NCBI GenBank assembly: GCA_043228905.1
Contig: JBHGNT010000012.1
Span: 17,608,001 to 17,672,000, forward strand
DNA length: 64,000 nucleotides
Source of the DNA: Azolla caroliniana
Taxonomy: Eukaryota > Plantae > Polypodiophyta
Reading direction: 5' to 3'
Shown one piece after another: positions 23,818 through 36,960 of this stretch (its first letter is position 1; every line of letters starts with the position of its first letter). Position numbers and translations under genes: made by a program. The notes below the pieces were generated by a model. That model saw only the letters and a program-made list of their open reading frames with translations. It had not been told where the DNA came from and made no database searches.

Positions 23818-25428
23818 ATGGGGCATTTGATCTTGTTTTTATCCTTGTGTTTGTGTGTGGTGGTATATGGAGGCATAGCTATGGATATCATTGACACCGA
23901 CACCGACACCGACACTTACATTGACATCGATAGCGATATTGAGAAGCCGCTGGTGTTTGAGAACGAGCGGCTACGGAGAGCGTACGTGGGCTTACAAGCG
24001 TGGAAGGCGCGCATATTGTCGGATCCTCGGAACATCACGGCCACGTGGGTGGGCGCGGATGTGTGCGGCTACATGGGTGTGTTCTGCGGGCCCGCAGCGG
24101 ACGACCCGTGTGAGCGGACGGTCGTGGGGATCGACCTCAACCACGCGGACCTTGCGGGCACCCTTCCCCCTCAGCTGCCAACCCACCTCTCTGACCTGGC
24201 CCTCATTCACCTCAATTCCAACAGATTCTGTGGTGAGATCCCCACAAATTGGGCGCGCCTCCACCTCCTTGTGGAGATGGACCTCAGCAACAACCGCTTT
24301 GTTGGCGCTTTCCCATTGGCCGTGCTCGATCTCCCGGGCCTCGTCTACTTGGACCTCCGGTTCAATGAATTCGAAGGCGAGATCCCCGCGCGCGCCTTCG
24401 AGAAGGAGAGCCTCGACGCCCTCTTCCTTAACAACAACCGATTCTCGGGCCCCATCCCGGGTAACCTCGGACAATCCCCGGCCTCCGTCCTTGTGCTTGC
24501 CAATAACCTCCTCTCGGGCGCCTTGCCTCCAAGCATCGGCCAAATGGGCGCCTCATTGAACGAGATCGTGCTCCTCAACAACAACCTGTCCGGCTGTGTG
24601 AACCCGGACATCGGCCAGCTCTGCGACTTGACCGTGCTTGACATTAGCTCCAACCGGATCTCCGGAAAGTTACCCGAGACCGTGGCTGAGATGGTGAGCT
24701 TGCAGGAGCTTGACGTGGCCGGGAACAGGCTGTCCGGCCAAATCCCACCCGAGATCTGTGCCCTCCCTCGTCTCCGCAATTTCACTTATGCCCATAATTT
24801 CTTCTTCGGGGAAGCCCCCAACTGCCTCGACTTGCAAGCCTCGGACGATAGAAACAATTGCATACCTGGACGCCCATCCCAACGACCATTTTCTCAATGT
24901 GCCCGTTACTTGTCCCACGAACCCAAGTGTGAACATCCCCCCCACTCACAATCAAGGTCAAGGTCAAGGTCAAGGTCACCATCTCCATCTCCATCAATAT
25001 GGTCATGGTCATCACCACCCTTATCATGGTCACCCTCACCTTCAACATCCAACACACCACCCACATCTCCGTTGACATCCCCTTGGTGGTCATGGTCATG
25101 GTCAAGACCACCGCCAGAATCACCTAACCCTTCGCCTTCAAGATCCCCATCCCAATCTTCGTCTTCATCGTGGTGGTCAAGGCCACAACCAGCCCCATAC
25201 ACACCTCCATCAACTTCCCCTGAACCATCACCAATGCCTCCATTACAACCTCATACTTGTAAGAAAAAGTCAATGAGTCCATCACCGGAACATTTTGTCC
25301 ATAACTCTTTTCCGTCACCCATGCATCCATTACCTAATCCTTCAGGTGATCCTTCTCCTCCTCCTCCCGAGGATCCAATTCTTTCATCCTATTACTACAA
25401 TCATCAAGCCCCCATGAATTACCCATGA
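23818..25428 (+). CDS. LRX: Leucine-rich repeat extensin-like protein (LRX/PEX family), 536 aa, intronless
   Basis: Signal peptide, FEN.RLRRAY..LQAWK N-terminal domain, VVGIDLNHADLAG, about 10 LRRs (HLNSNRFCG, LDLRFNEFEG), Cys-rich DDRNNCIPGRP.QR linker, and a Ser/Pro-rich tail. Confidence 0.95.
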   Translation: MGHLILFLSLCLCVVVYGGIAMDIIDTDTDTDTYIDIDSDIEKPLVFENERLRRAYVGLQAWKARILSDPRNITATWVGADVCGYMGVFCGPAADDPCERTVVGIDLNHADLAGTLPPQLPTHLSDLALIHLNSNRFCGEIPTNWARLHLLVEMDLSNNRFVGAFPLAVLDLPGLVYLDLRFNEFEGEIPARAFEKESLDALFLNNNRFSGPIPGNLGQSPASVLVLANNLLSGALPPSIGQMGASLNEIVLLNNNLSGCVNPDIGQLCDLTVLDISSNRISGKLPETVAEMVSLQELDVAGNRLSGQIPPEICALPRLRNFTYAHNFFFGEAPNCLDLQASDDRNNCIPGRPSQRPFSQCARYLSHEPKCEHPPHSQSRSRSRSRSPSPSPSIWSWSSPPLSWSPSPSTSNTPPTSPLTSPWWSWSWSRPPPESPNPSPSRSPSQSSSSSWWSRPQPAPYTPPSTSPEPSPMPPLQPHTCKKKSMSPSPEHFVHNSFPSPMHPLPNPSGDPSPPPPEDPILSSYYYNHQAPMNYP

Positions 25429-26959
25429 ATCTCCCCCATCAAGTTTGCTATATATTGACTCTTGTATTGAGAATTGCAATTGGCCAGAATTTCGTAAATG
25501 CTCATTACTACATAGATCTATTTATTAGATACACTACTTGTTGACTATTGACATTAATATCGAAATGTTGTGTCAAAGATGATAGATTCATGAAAAATGT
25601 TTCAAAATAAGACTTTTTTTTCTAAGACAATGTCCATGTCAAAAACCATCATGCTAGGTGTTTAAGATTGTATCCTCTCTTTGCCTAATTTGCAAGGCCT
25701 ATTTCCTTGCACTATTTTAATATACTCGACATCTTTACTTGTACAACAAAAAGGCTTCAACAATAAGATATCACATGCAACAATGCATGTGAAAGGAACA
25801 CATTTTTGCTTCAACGACAAACTTTTGCTTACAACTAGAATGTATAAAGTTTAAACATTGTGTTGCAATGTTAAAGCCTACCCCTTATTACTTGCAATGT
25901 ATGGGTTTTAGGTTGGAGGAAATGGGCCACATGTTCCGTTCATTCTAAGCATTTCAAGTTACTTAGACATTGTTATATTAGTGCCTTTTACCCAAAAGAA
26001 ACGACTTTGTAAATTCATTCTTCGCAAGTCAAGGATTAAAAACAAATGTAGGAGGTCAATATGAGGATATTTTCACCTTAATATTAACATACTTTAGTAG
26101 AACAAAAATGATTAGCATGTCTTCTCAAAATGGTGAAACCAATGAAATTGACTTCAACATGAGAACTTGTACAACAAGATAATCACCTTTTGGGTTCTAG
26201 ATATTCTCTATGTAAGAAAACATAAGGAGGTAAAAACAAAAGCTTATATATTATAATGTTCAATACAATTTCCAACTCCATGAGATGCATGTTAGGAAAA
26301 CCAATGATGAGAAATAAAAACATGGCAAACAAGAAATGTGTGTTCTCAAGAGCTCTTATAGCCATAATATTATCACTTGGCCCATCACATAACCACAAAT
26401 CTAAGACTAATAATAGGGAATTCCCAAATCCATGTGAGCTCACTCTAATAGTGGACACAAATTAGACAATTCGAGCAAATCACAATATGATGCATATCAT
26501 CTTGGAGCTTGATGACAAATTTTCATGGTATAAGGGGTCTTATTATAAAATTCAAACACGTTTTGAAATAAGTTCTAAAGATTTATGCATGTGTCATAAC
26601 TATTACAAACTTTACATTATCAATGCATTGGTATATCCACGAGTAATGTAATCCCTTCATGGCTAGGAAGTTCAAGTGATTCAAGAACCTCAAATTTGGC
26701 AAGAAATATATTCACCCTCACATAATAGGTTATTCACATGAAAGCTCCTCTTCTATGGAAATGACCATTATATCAAATATTCTAAGACAAATCATCACAA
26801 ACATGTTTCACAAAATCAAAAGAAATGTTTGCATTATGTGTCTCATGTACTTAGACAATATAGATAGATTTTATAATCATCCTCAAAGGTAAAATATGAC
26901 TAATGGGACCAAAAGTGAAAGTTTTTATACATAGTATGTGTTCAATATTACTAACGCTT

Positions 26960-27302
26960 TGTCAAGAATCACGCTCGCCCACAACCGAGTTCCAAATGCC
27001 AATGGAAGGTTAACAAGAAATGAATCAATGCACTTACATAGTCAAATCAGACGACACCGGATGTTTACGTGGAAAACATTGAGAGGCAAAACCATGGGAG
27101 TTCTCTGACTCCGACCAAGATCACTATAGAGAAGGGTACCACAATGTGAGACTCAGAGGCAGCGACCTCGAGCTCTATCTTCGCCAACCGGCGGTTACAA
27201 CAAAGAACTTTTTGTATCTCTCTGTCGCTCTGTATAACAATAAGAATGATCTCACACAAACTATTATTGCCCTAGTTATATTTATAAATATATAACTTTA
27301 GG
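26960..27302 (-). mobile_element. Partial LTR related to the 13061-13872 solo LTR
   Basis: Shares ATAAATAT..CT(T)AGGGCAA, GGCGAAGAT, CGAGGTCG.TGCCTC, TTTTCCAC..AAACATCC and CTCGGTTGTGG blocks. Ends in TGACA on the minus strand. Confidence 0.65.
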
Positions 27303-30070
27303 TGTCAGATCTTATGTCTAATGTAAGCATATGATAAAGATAAAAGATAGATAGATAGAAAGGAGAGAGAGAAAGAAAGGTGCCGATCCACTCGACCACC
27401 CCCAAGCGAAGGGATCGAGATAGACTCGAGCCTCGATCGGCGTCCCTTACCACCGCCATGGTGTTGGGTCGTACCTGGTGCTGGTGTGCTCGCTACAAGA
27501 GTTGACCTACCACAACGTTAGAGTCTCGACGTAGTCAAAAGATGATGAAATGAGGGTAGCTAGGCCTCATATTTATTGCGATACCCAAGGACCCCAGGCA
27601 AGTTCACACTTGGCCTAATGGGTTGTCTCAATCCCGAGGATTAAAAGTAATCCTCCCCTTCTTTACACTCTTGTTTAACCCTCACACTTATCCACGTGTA
27701 TAGAATACTACGGTAAATTCTCACCACGGGATATTATATGGTCATGCTCGTAACATACTCCCCCTCTTTAAAACATTGCACTCTTGCAATGGAAAGTTAG
27801 GGAAGTTAGTTCTAAGAGTATTTTCGCGTTCCCATGTGGCATCTTTGATAGATTTATCCATCCATTTAATTTTAAATTCTCGGATTATTTTAGTACGCGG
27901 ATTTTTTGTTTTAACATCGAGAATTCTTTCTGGTACATGTGGTTTAGAAGATAATTCTTCAGAAGTAACCAAAGTTTTAGTTCTAACTGTATCATCGCCA
28001 GAACCTAGAAGTTCTTTTAGACAACTATATATGAAAAACTGGATGAATTTCAGCGCCATCCGGAAGAGCGAGACGATAGACTAATGAACCAATGCGTTTG
28101 AGGACTTGAAAAGGTCCACAAAACCGTGGGGCTAACTTAGCGCACTTACCCGTTGACAATGTCTTAGAATTGTGAGGTACACGTAAAAATACCTTCTGTC
28201 CAAGGTTGAATACACAACGTTGCCTATTGTGGTCGACGTAAAAACGCGCTCTATCTTGAGCTCTTTTTATATTATCTCATGCAATATGCAACATATCTTG
28301 CATATCCCAAAGAAATTTTTGCGTACTTCGCAACTCATTATGATGTATATTAACATCAATCGGGGCTTGTGGCTAAAAACCATACATCAACATAAAATGA
28401 CTATATCCCGTCGACGTATTCTTGAAGCTGTTATAAGCAAACTCTAAAATTGGGAGACAACATTCCCATTTTGTTGGTTTTGCACCAACTTATGCTCGAA
28501 GCATGTCCTCAATAATTTGATTTACTCATTCCATCTGTCCATCGGATTGAGGATGATCCGTGGAGCCGATGTTGAATGTAGTTTCTAACTTCTTAAAGAC
28601 TTGCGTCTAGAAGTCACTAGTAAACTTTGGATCTTGATCACTCACGATATCCATCGGTAACCCATAAAAACGAAATAACTCATCAACGAATTGGTAAGCC
28701 AATTCAGGAGCAGTTACCGTGGTTTTAATAGCAATAAATCTGGCCATTTTAGTTAGTCTATCAACCACAACCCAGATGGCATCATGGCCTTTTTGGGTGC
28801 GAGGAAGGCTAACAATAAAATCCATGGATATACTTTCCCACTTATTATTCGGAATGTCCAAGGGATATAAAAGTCTTGTGGCTTTAAATCGCTCGACTTT
28901 GTTAACCTGACATTGGTGACATTTAGTCACATAACTATGTATGTCAGGACGCATCTTAGGTCAATAGAATTGAGTGGAGATGAGAACGAGTGTACGATGT
29001 ATTCCAGGGTGCCCTACTGAGGGTGCATCATGGCATTAAAAAAGAATTCTCTTTTTGACCTCAGGCAAATCTGGAACACAAACCTTCCCATTATGGTAGA
29101 GCACACCGTTAGCAATGTGGAAGGATTCCTTCGAGGATGTGGTGGTGTCTATTCCAGACTCAACTCTTGCCCAGTATTTCACAAAATAACTATCATTAGG
29201 ATACTTTCCTCGAAGGTGATCATAAAGATCTGATGTTATTTCAGTGAAACTAAGCATGTTAACTTCACGGATGCGACTTAGTGCATCAACGACAGTGTTC
29301 ATGAAACCTTTATGATATCGTATGGAAAAATCAAAGTCTTGGATAAGATAAGCCCATCGTGCCTTACGACCTTTTAGGTCTTGTTGGTCATAGAAATATT
29401 TCAAGGACTCGTGGTCCGTAGTTACCACAAAACGATTTCCACAAAGATAATGACGTCATGTTTTGAGCGCATGTATAATTGCAAATAATTCCTTTTCTTG
29501 AATAGTATACCGACATTGAGTAGAATCAAGTTTCTTACTCTCGAATGCTATTGGTTTGCCATCTTGATATAACACAACACCTATAGCATAATCGCTTGCA
29601 TCGGTTTCAACCTCAAAAGGTTTTGATGGATCGGGTAAAAGAAGCGAAGGAGCCTTGCACACCAGGTCCTTGAGTTCCTTAAAGGTGAGGTCTAGTGTAG
29701 CATTCGACACAATAGGTTTTGTAGACTTACGTGTTTGACCTTTTAGAAGATCATTAAACGGCGTCGTCAATTGGGAGTAATTACGAAGGGATTTTCGCAA
29801 AAACTTGACAAAACCAAGGAATGGTCGAACTTCTCAAATATTCCAAAGAGTGCGCCAAAGTTTGATTTTCTTGATGTGAGAAGGATCAATTTCAACTCCT
29901 CGTTTGGTTATGAGTTGTCCAAGATAAGTAATTCATTTCTTGAAGAACTCGCATTTGAACTTTTAGAAGATCAGTAAACGACATTGTCAATTGGGAGTAA
30001 TTATGAAGGGATTTTCACAAAAACCCGACAAAACCAAGGAATGATCGAACTTCTCCAATATTCTGAAGAG
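27303..30070 (-). mobile_element. Chromovirus family D copy 2 (3' half)
   Basis: 3' LTR 27303-27755 (453 bp, same length as 18094-18546), PPT, chromodomain, integrase (KWESISMDFI), RNase H (FEVETDASDYAIG) and end of RT with a local duplication. Confidence 0.92.
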
Positions 30071-30162
30071 TGTCAGGAATAGTACTAAGATAGAGAAGAA
30101 ATTAGTACTAAGAGAGGAATATTAGTACTAAGAGGAATAGAGGGTGTAGAACACTCGAGAGA

Positions 30163-30236
<74 letters not shown>

Positions 30237-31900
30237 GAGATCGAGGGAGAGAAAATGATGATGATAGCGATATATTATGTGAGAAGAATATACAAGGAAG
30301 GCTAGGAGGCTTAAGACTGGCGTTAAACCGATTTGGTTCGAAATAATGCCTTTTATAGTGTTCTTAGGAGTAGTCCTGAAGCTTCTAGAATGTTCTAGAG
30401 AAATCTGGAATATACATTAATTTTCTATAGTAAAACTTAAATAAAAATAATATTCTTCATATTACAATAGATATTGTAATGGTCAAGTGCTCGACCCATG
30501 TAACATAAGGTCATGGGTTCAAGTCTTGCCATATCATGACATTATCCCCCCTTTAAAACGACGAGTGTCACAAGTCGTTTTGGATTGAGGACCCGGTTTA
30601 TCTGGATATTGACGATGGAAGTCATGAAGAAGAGCACGAGCATTGGTCACATTCTCTATTGGTTCCCAAGTACGCTCGCTAGGACTATATCCTAGCCAAT
30701 TGACTAAATAGTAGAGCTTGTTGCGAACAATCTTGGAATCGAGGATGGTGGCAACCTCGTACTCAGGTCCATCATCAAGTTCGATCGGGGGTGGAGGTTG
30801 TGGAATACGACCTGAGATTTCTGTCTTGATAGGGTTCGAGGAGAGAACTATGGAACACCGGATGTATGCGAAGTTGCGGGGGTAGATCGGGATGAAAAGC
30901 GACATCATTAATCTTTCCGATAATATGGAAAGGACCTAATTGTCGATAATCCAACTTCTCGCATGGGTGAGTAGTCTTGATGTGTCATCATAGTAGCCAT
31001 ACCCGATCTCCAATGTTAAAACTGGATGGAAGCTGATGACGATCCGCGTAAACCTTGTGTGTTTGTTGAGCTTGTTGTAGATGAGTAGAAAAATTTGCTT
31101 GTATCTTGCGTAAGCTCCAAACGATCCTCTACGCAAGGATATATTGGTAACTCTAGGGTTTCAAATACACACCATCGGGTGTGACAACCCATATAAGCAT
31201 AAAATGGCATAACTTTAGTCGATGAGTGGACAGAGTTATTATAGGCAAATTTGGCTAAGTCGAGAATATCCGCCCAATCATCTTGATGATAGCTTAGAAA
31301 GCACTGAAGATACTGCTCCAGCGTTTGATTTGTTCGTCCTGCTTGGCCATCGGTTTGCGAGTGGTAGCCGGAGGAGAGGTTACAAGTGACTTTGAGCATT
31401 TTAAAAAGGTGCTTCCAGAATTTCGAGATGAATTGGGGTCCACAGTCACTGATGATATTATTAGGAAGGCTATGATGCCGACATACTTCACGCATGACAA
31501 TTTCGGCGGTTTCTTCATTGGAGATTTACTTAGTACATGGCAGGAAATGAACCATCTTCCTATATCGATCTACTACTGTTAAAATCACATTGAATCCCTT
31601 AAAGACTGGAAGATCTGAGATGAAATCTAGAGAAATGGATTCTTAGGGCTTGCTTGAAATTGGTAATGGTTCTAATAAACCATATGGATAATGCCTTGGC
31701 ATTTTTGCTTTGCAACATGTATCACAAGTCCAAACAACATCTTCGACAAATTGTCGCATACAGGGCCACCAGAATGATCGTTATACTAAATCTAATTTCT
31801 TAGTACTACCAAAATGCCCAGTTGTATATGTGTCATGACAGTTTTGGACTACTCGAAGGCGGCAAGAACCATTAGGAACATACAAGAGTTTCTTAAAGAA
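30071..31900 (-). mobile_element. Tcn1-like chromovirus, family C copy 1 (3' part)
   Basis: LTR 30071-30541 (TGTCA...TGACA), PPT, chromodomain EYEVATILDSK...YLVNWLGY...TWEP, and integrase core. (GA)n at 30165-30232 inside the LTR. Confidence 0.9.
30472..30526 (+). promoter_or_regulatory. tRNA-like A-box/B-box cassette in family C LTR
   Basis: TATTGTAATGGTCAAG...AAGGTCATG-GGTTCAAGTCT with 45-nt spacing, antisense to the element. Confidence 0.6.
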
Positions 31901-34900
31901 AGAAATAGTAAAATATATATTGTATGCATAGGGTAAGATTCAAACATTGTACCTCCATGTTAATAATTTAAAGGCATACCATTACACTAACTCATCATGA
32001 GTGTTAAAAAAATAGATATCCCACATAGAAAGGTTTTCATGCATATTATCTAGGAAAAAGCTTTAGTTAGAAGAAAAACGCATGATAGAAAAAAAGCTAC
32101 ACATGCACATTTGGCATGCATAAACATTATAGTCGATAGAAAACGCACGAGGTTAGAAAAAACGTGTTAGAGAAAGCATATAATCTATATATAGAGAAAG
32201 CATGGAGTCCATAGTTAGAGAAAAAGCATGGATTGCTAAGACTCTCTCATCACTATATAAGGATCTGGAGCACAATGTAATAAAGGGGGAAAAAATAAAT
32301 AAATAAATTATGGGGTGATTATTAGGGTCTAAATATTGATTAATATAATACTCGTGGGATTCACGAGGTTTTCGATTTCTCTTTTCCAATCTATTCCTAT
32401 CGATTCCAATCTATTCCAAAGTATAATTAGGGTTAAATATTAATAAAACTAAAAAACTATATTCGTGGGATTCACGAATTTCTATCTTTCTTTCTTATAA
32501 TCTACTCATAACTAGATTTCCTCAAAGCCTTCCTCCTCCTAGTCCAAAACCCCAGCGGTTCCCACCCGACTCACGCAATGTTCCGGTGCCGAAAGGCACG
32601 ACATATTTGGTGAACCCGACTTGAAAACGAGCGAGGGTGTGTGTTATGATGGTCCATGAGGGATGTTCGATTAAGGATGAATGATGTGGCCGATACGAAG
32701 ACCGAAGTACGATACGAAGGTACCACGGTAGAGGGTGTGAAACAAGCTACCCTCTTGTCTTGCGAAAGAATGATGGCCAAGGATAAGACCGATGACATGA
32801 GAGTGGCGAACACCACTTCAAGGGTTAAAGAAGGGTTCGGGACACGATTGTCGGAAACATCAAGTGAGACAGGGGTAAGCATAATTGATGCTTGCATGAT
32901 CGAGGGAGATAAAGAGTGCGAGGCGGACGTGATTGAGGAGGTAGCCACGAAAGATGACATCAAATCGGAGGTGGCTATGGACGAGTCAATGGCGGATGGC
33001 CATATCGAGACTTTCCCACCACTAATTCCAGAGATTTCGGTGGTTGCGTTTGAAAGACAATGTGAGACCAAAGAGATGGAAGGTGGTGGAGACAAAACAA
33101 AGGTCTAAGCCAATACATACGATGGAGAGATAGTGGAGAAGGTGGGCATGGATGAAACAATGGAGGGCGATAATATCGAGGATTCCTGCCCACTAATTTT
33201 AGAGACTTCGGCGGTTGTGTCCGAGAACCAACATGAGACCGAAGAGACGGGAGATGGCGGCAAGGAAGGTAAAGTCGGAAGGCAGTTCCGATGGAAGATT
33301 ATCCATCTGAAATTCTGATCTAAACGAAAGTCGAACCAAGCGGAAGTGGATTTGGCTGAAATTCGAATGGTCGAGCACGACCCGAACGGAAATCGTTTGA
33401 ACTGGAAGCCGATCAAATGAGACCGAATCGGAAAGAAGCAAATCCGACTCAATCGGAGGTCGAACCGGTCGAGACCGATGAACACGAGGAAAAGGAAGTC
33501 AACCCAGACCGAAACTGATGGGTCGAACTTGACCCGGAAGGGGGCCAACTCGGTCGAAACCGATCAACCGAGTCTGATTCGGCCGAACGTGAATTTGAAT
33601 GGAAGTTGACCTAGCTGAAGGCCGATTAGACAAGACCGATCCGGAAAGAAGCTAATACGACTCAACCAAAGGTCGAAACAATCGAGGCCGGTGAACATGA
33701 GGAAGAGGCCAAGTAGGTACACTACCACGGACGACAAGGGCCAAGCGGATTTGAAGGGTGTTACCCAGGATGAGATCTCGTCAACGAAGGAGGGCTCTAA
33801 CATAAAGATTGTCAACTCTAACGCAAGATTGTACAACGGAGGTGGACGAAGTGCAGAGTGTCTAGACCAAGGAGACGGTCGGAACGCACAAGACATGAAG
33901 GGTTATGGTCAAGAGGAGCACAAGGAGGCATGACAATCGGTCATGGCAATGGAAAGAGTGAACAAAGAATATGGTGGATTGGATGGCGACAATGGTTCGA
34001 GTGGAAGGAATGGATGTGCTCAAAGTGGAGAGACAAAGTCAACATTCCAAGAGAAACAGAGGGTATTGCGGATGAAGGAGAATAACGAGCTATTACAACT
34101 TCGGCACATATCGGAGGATGTGCGGGTTCAAAGGGGGCGGGTGTTGTAGTGTAATTCGTACACTATGTGAAAAACATATAAAATAACCGATTGAATAAAT
34201 ATGAAGAAAAAGAAAGAATTAGTAAAATATATATTACATGCATAGGACAAGATTCAAACCTTGTACCTCTATGTTAATAATTTAAAGGCATACCATTACA
34301 CTAACACATCATGAGTGTTAAAAAAGTAGATATCCCATATAGAAACGTTAGTTCACGCGTATTTTCTAGGAAAAAGCTTTAGTTAGAAGAAAAACGCATG
34401 ATAGAAAAAAAGCTACACATGCACATTTGGCATGCATAAACTCTATAGTCGATAAAAAACATGTTAGAGAAAGCATATAGTCTATAGATAGAGAAAGCAT
34501 GGAGTCCATAGTTAGAGAAAAAGCATGGATTGCTAAGACTCTCTCATCACAATACAAGGATATGCAGCACAATGTAATAAAGGGGGAAAAAATAAATAAA
34601 TAAATTATGGGGTGATTATTAGGGTCTAAATATTGATTAATATACTACTCATGGGATCCACGAAGTTTTCGATTTCTCTTTTCCAATCTATTCCTATCGA
34701 TTCCAATCTATTCCAAAGTATAATTAGGGTTAAATATTAATAAAACTAAAAAACTATATTCGTGGGATTCACGAATTTCTATCTTTCTTTCTTATAATCT
34801 ACTCATAACTAGATTTCCTCAAAGTCTTCCTCCTCCTAGTCCAAAACCCCAATAGTTCCCACCCGACTCACGCAACGATCCGGCGCTGAAAGGCACGACA
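31895..34900 (+). mobile_element. Non-autonomous tRNA-Trp-primed LTR element, family B, with the gag capsid deleted
   Basis: 5' LTR about 31895-32603 (5'-truncated), PBS TGGTGAACCCGAC at 32608-32620, and 3' LTR 34142-34900. The internal region is homologous to family A 2620-4060, including the IWWIGW motif. Confidence 0.88.
34250..34303 (-). promoter_or_regulatory. tRNA-like A-box/B-box cassette in family B LTR (second copy at 31936-31989)
   Basis: The minus strand reads TAGTGTAATGGTA...AGAGGTACAA-GGTTTGAATCT with 44-nt spacing. Confidence 0.6.
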
Positions 34901-35317
34901 ACATGAATTTGAGAAGTGAAGATAGATGAAGTAAATAGGGAGAAGACCTAGGAGTGCCAAGGAATTCCCGAATTGCGATCTCTTCATGTTGTTTGCGGTT
35001 ATTCTAGGTTGGATGGTCATTGTATTGTGGTTAGAGAATAAACTTGTTTTTGCTTCCATTGTGTGTAGGGAAATTGGACATATTGTTTAAACAAAGTATA
35101 TATTTAGAATTGGGAGTATTCACTTGTCTTAAAACTAAAAGTCACATTCAATGAAAATAGTATTTAAATACAAATAAACATCACTTGTGTTAAAATCCTA
35201 GGTAATGTGTTAAGGAGGTCTTAACTATATAAGATCTCGAGTCATCAGTCAATCATCCACTCTGTCTCTCTTGGCAATTAACAAGTTTATGTCGAACTAT
35301 CAGTCAGTTAGTCAGTT

Positions 35318-35320
<3 letters not shown>

Positions 35321-35364
<44 letters not shown>
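35321..35364. repeat. (CT)n microsatellite
   Basis: About 22 CT units. Confidence 0.95.
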
Positions 35365-35366
<2 letters not shown>

Positions 35367-36313
35367 ACACTTGGTAATTCCCTAGGTTCGTACCTCTTCT
35401 CTCTCGCACTCTTTCCTTCCCCCTTCTACTCGAGAATTCATTACGTTCGTACCCCCCTCCCTCCCTCCCTCCCTCTCTCTTCCAACTTCTGCATAGGTTT
35501 CTCCATGTTCTCTGCTCACTCTACAAACCCTAAACCCATTCCCTACCTGTCGTGTCCTCTTTGCAACAACAGTACGTTGTGACCTCGTTGTTCTGTGTCG
35601 TCGTTACATCGACATCAAGTGTTGTACTGTGTCCTCGTTGCATCGACATCAGGTCTTCAACTGTGTCCTCTCTCTCAAGTATTCTTTCTCTCAACCACTA
35701 TATTGTGTCCTCTATTGGCCATGTTCTCGAGCTTTCCTCTGTTGGCCATGTTCTCTCTCTCAAGGGTTCTTTGAAGTGTGGTCTGCACACCATGTCCTCT
35801 TCGCATCGGTTTAGGGTTTGCTAGTCGTGTTCCCTCTACCTCCAAGTGTTCCCTCATACCTGGTTCCCTCTACCTGGTGTGTTTCAATCATGTCCCCTTT
35901 TCAAAGACTTCGACAACGACATTTGGTACTTGTTTTACACTATATTTGCATGTTTGATTCTATCTATTTTTGTCATTTTCTATCTGTTTCTTACATCTGT
36001 AACCATAATGATGTTTGGGACATGTTTATCTGTATGTTTGATTCTATCTATTATTATCATTGAGGGTTTTGTTGTTGTTGTTGTTGGTCTCCCTTGATCA
36101 TTTGATCATTTGAGCACGTTGTACATGCATATGCTTGAATTTGAGAGTCGGACAATATGTGTATATGTCAAGTATCGGGTGTTAACATTATGTTTCATAT
36201 CCGACATCTCCTTGAATTGTATATTATTTAATTTTGTTTACTATTGTTGTGCATGATTTACTGTTATTTACTATTGTTGTGCATGTGAGGCAAAGAAGAG
36301 AGACGGGATTCAC

Positions 36314-36960
36314 ATGACAAGGAAGACACCCACAAAGAAGAAAATGGTCACCGAAAATTTCATCACACAATGCAAGGAAAGAAAAAGGACCCCCATCAAA
36401 GAAAGTAAGATGACCCCCGCCAAAGGGAGGTCAGGGTTTTCAGCAACTCAGGGCAAAAAGGTTCACACAAACATCCTTCGAGGTTCAAAATTGGGATGGG
36501 GTTATTTCCTTCGTGCACGACCTGACACTTATGAAGACGTAGACATGTGGATGAAGCAAACTTGGGGCTCATCACCGCTCGAGTCACGGAGAGGTTTCCA
36601 CCTCACTTAATTGAAGAAGGATTATATCACTGAACTAAAGTCATGGTATGAACAAGTTTATGATACGAAACATATCCTAAACAATGAGGTAGGATCTGTC
36701 TTTGCACGTGCATTTGCATGTGAACTCCATGGTGGCATTGAAGTTGATTGGGAAGATTTTGCTCATCATCGATCATCACATTATAGAGGGTCCTCAAGTA
36801 CCAACACTACCATGAAGTCTGAGGATACCTCTCATATTGAAATCCCAACTCGGACATCTGTGTTGACTCAACAAATTGCAAAACAGAAAGCCACACTGAC
36901 AAAAAAACATGAAGAGCGATTGTTGCATTGTATAGCTTCCATGCAGCGTTGCCCATTTTG
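36314..36960 (+). pseudogene. Interrupted ORF of unknown function, possibly a transposon accessory protein
   Basis: Two in-frame ORFs (36314-36610 and 36611 onward) are separated by one stop. The protein-like segment WYEQVY...NNEVGSVFARAFACELHGGIEVDWEDFA is truncated by LTR sequence. Confidence 0.4.

Noticed and set aside
23891-25202. Long overlapping and antisense ORFs over LRX, and similar ones over the copia and gypsy coding regions
   Set aside because: Expected shadow ORFs of GC-rich coding sequence, with no recognisable motifs.
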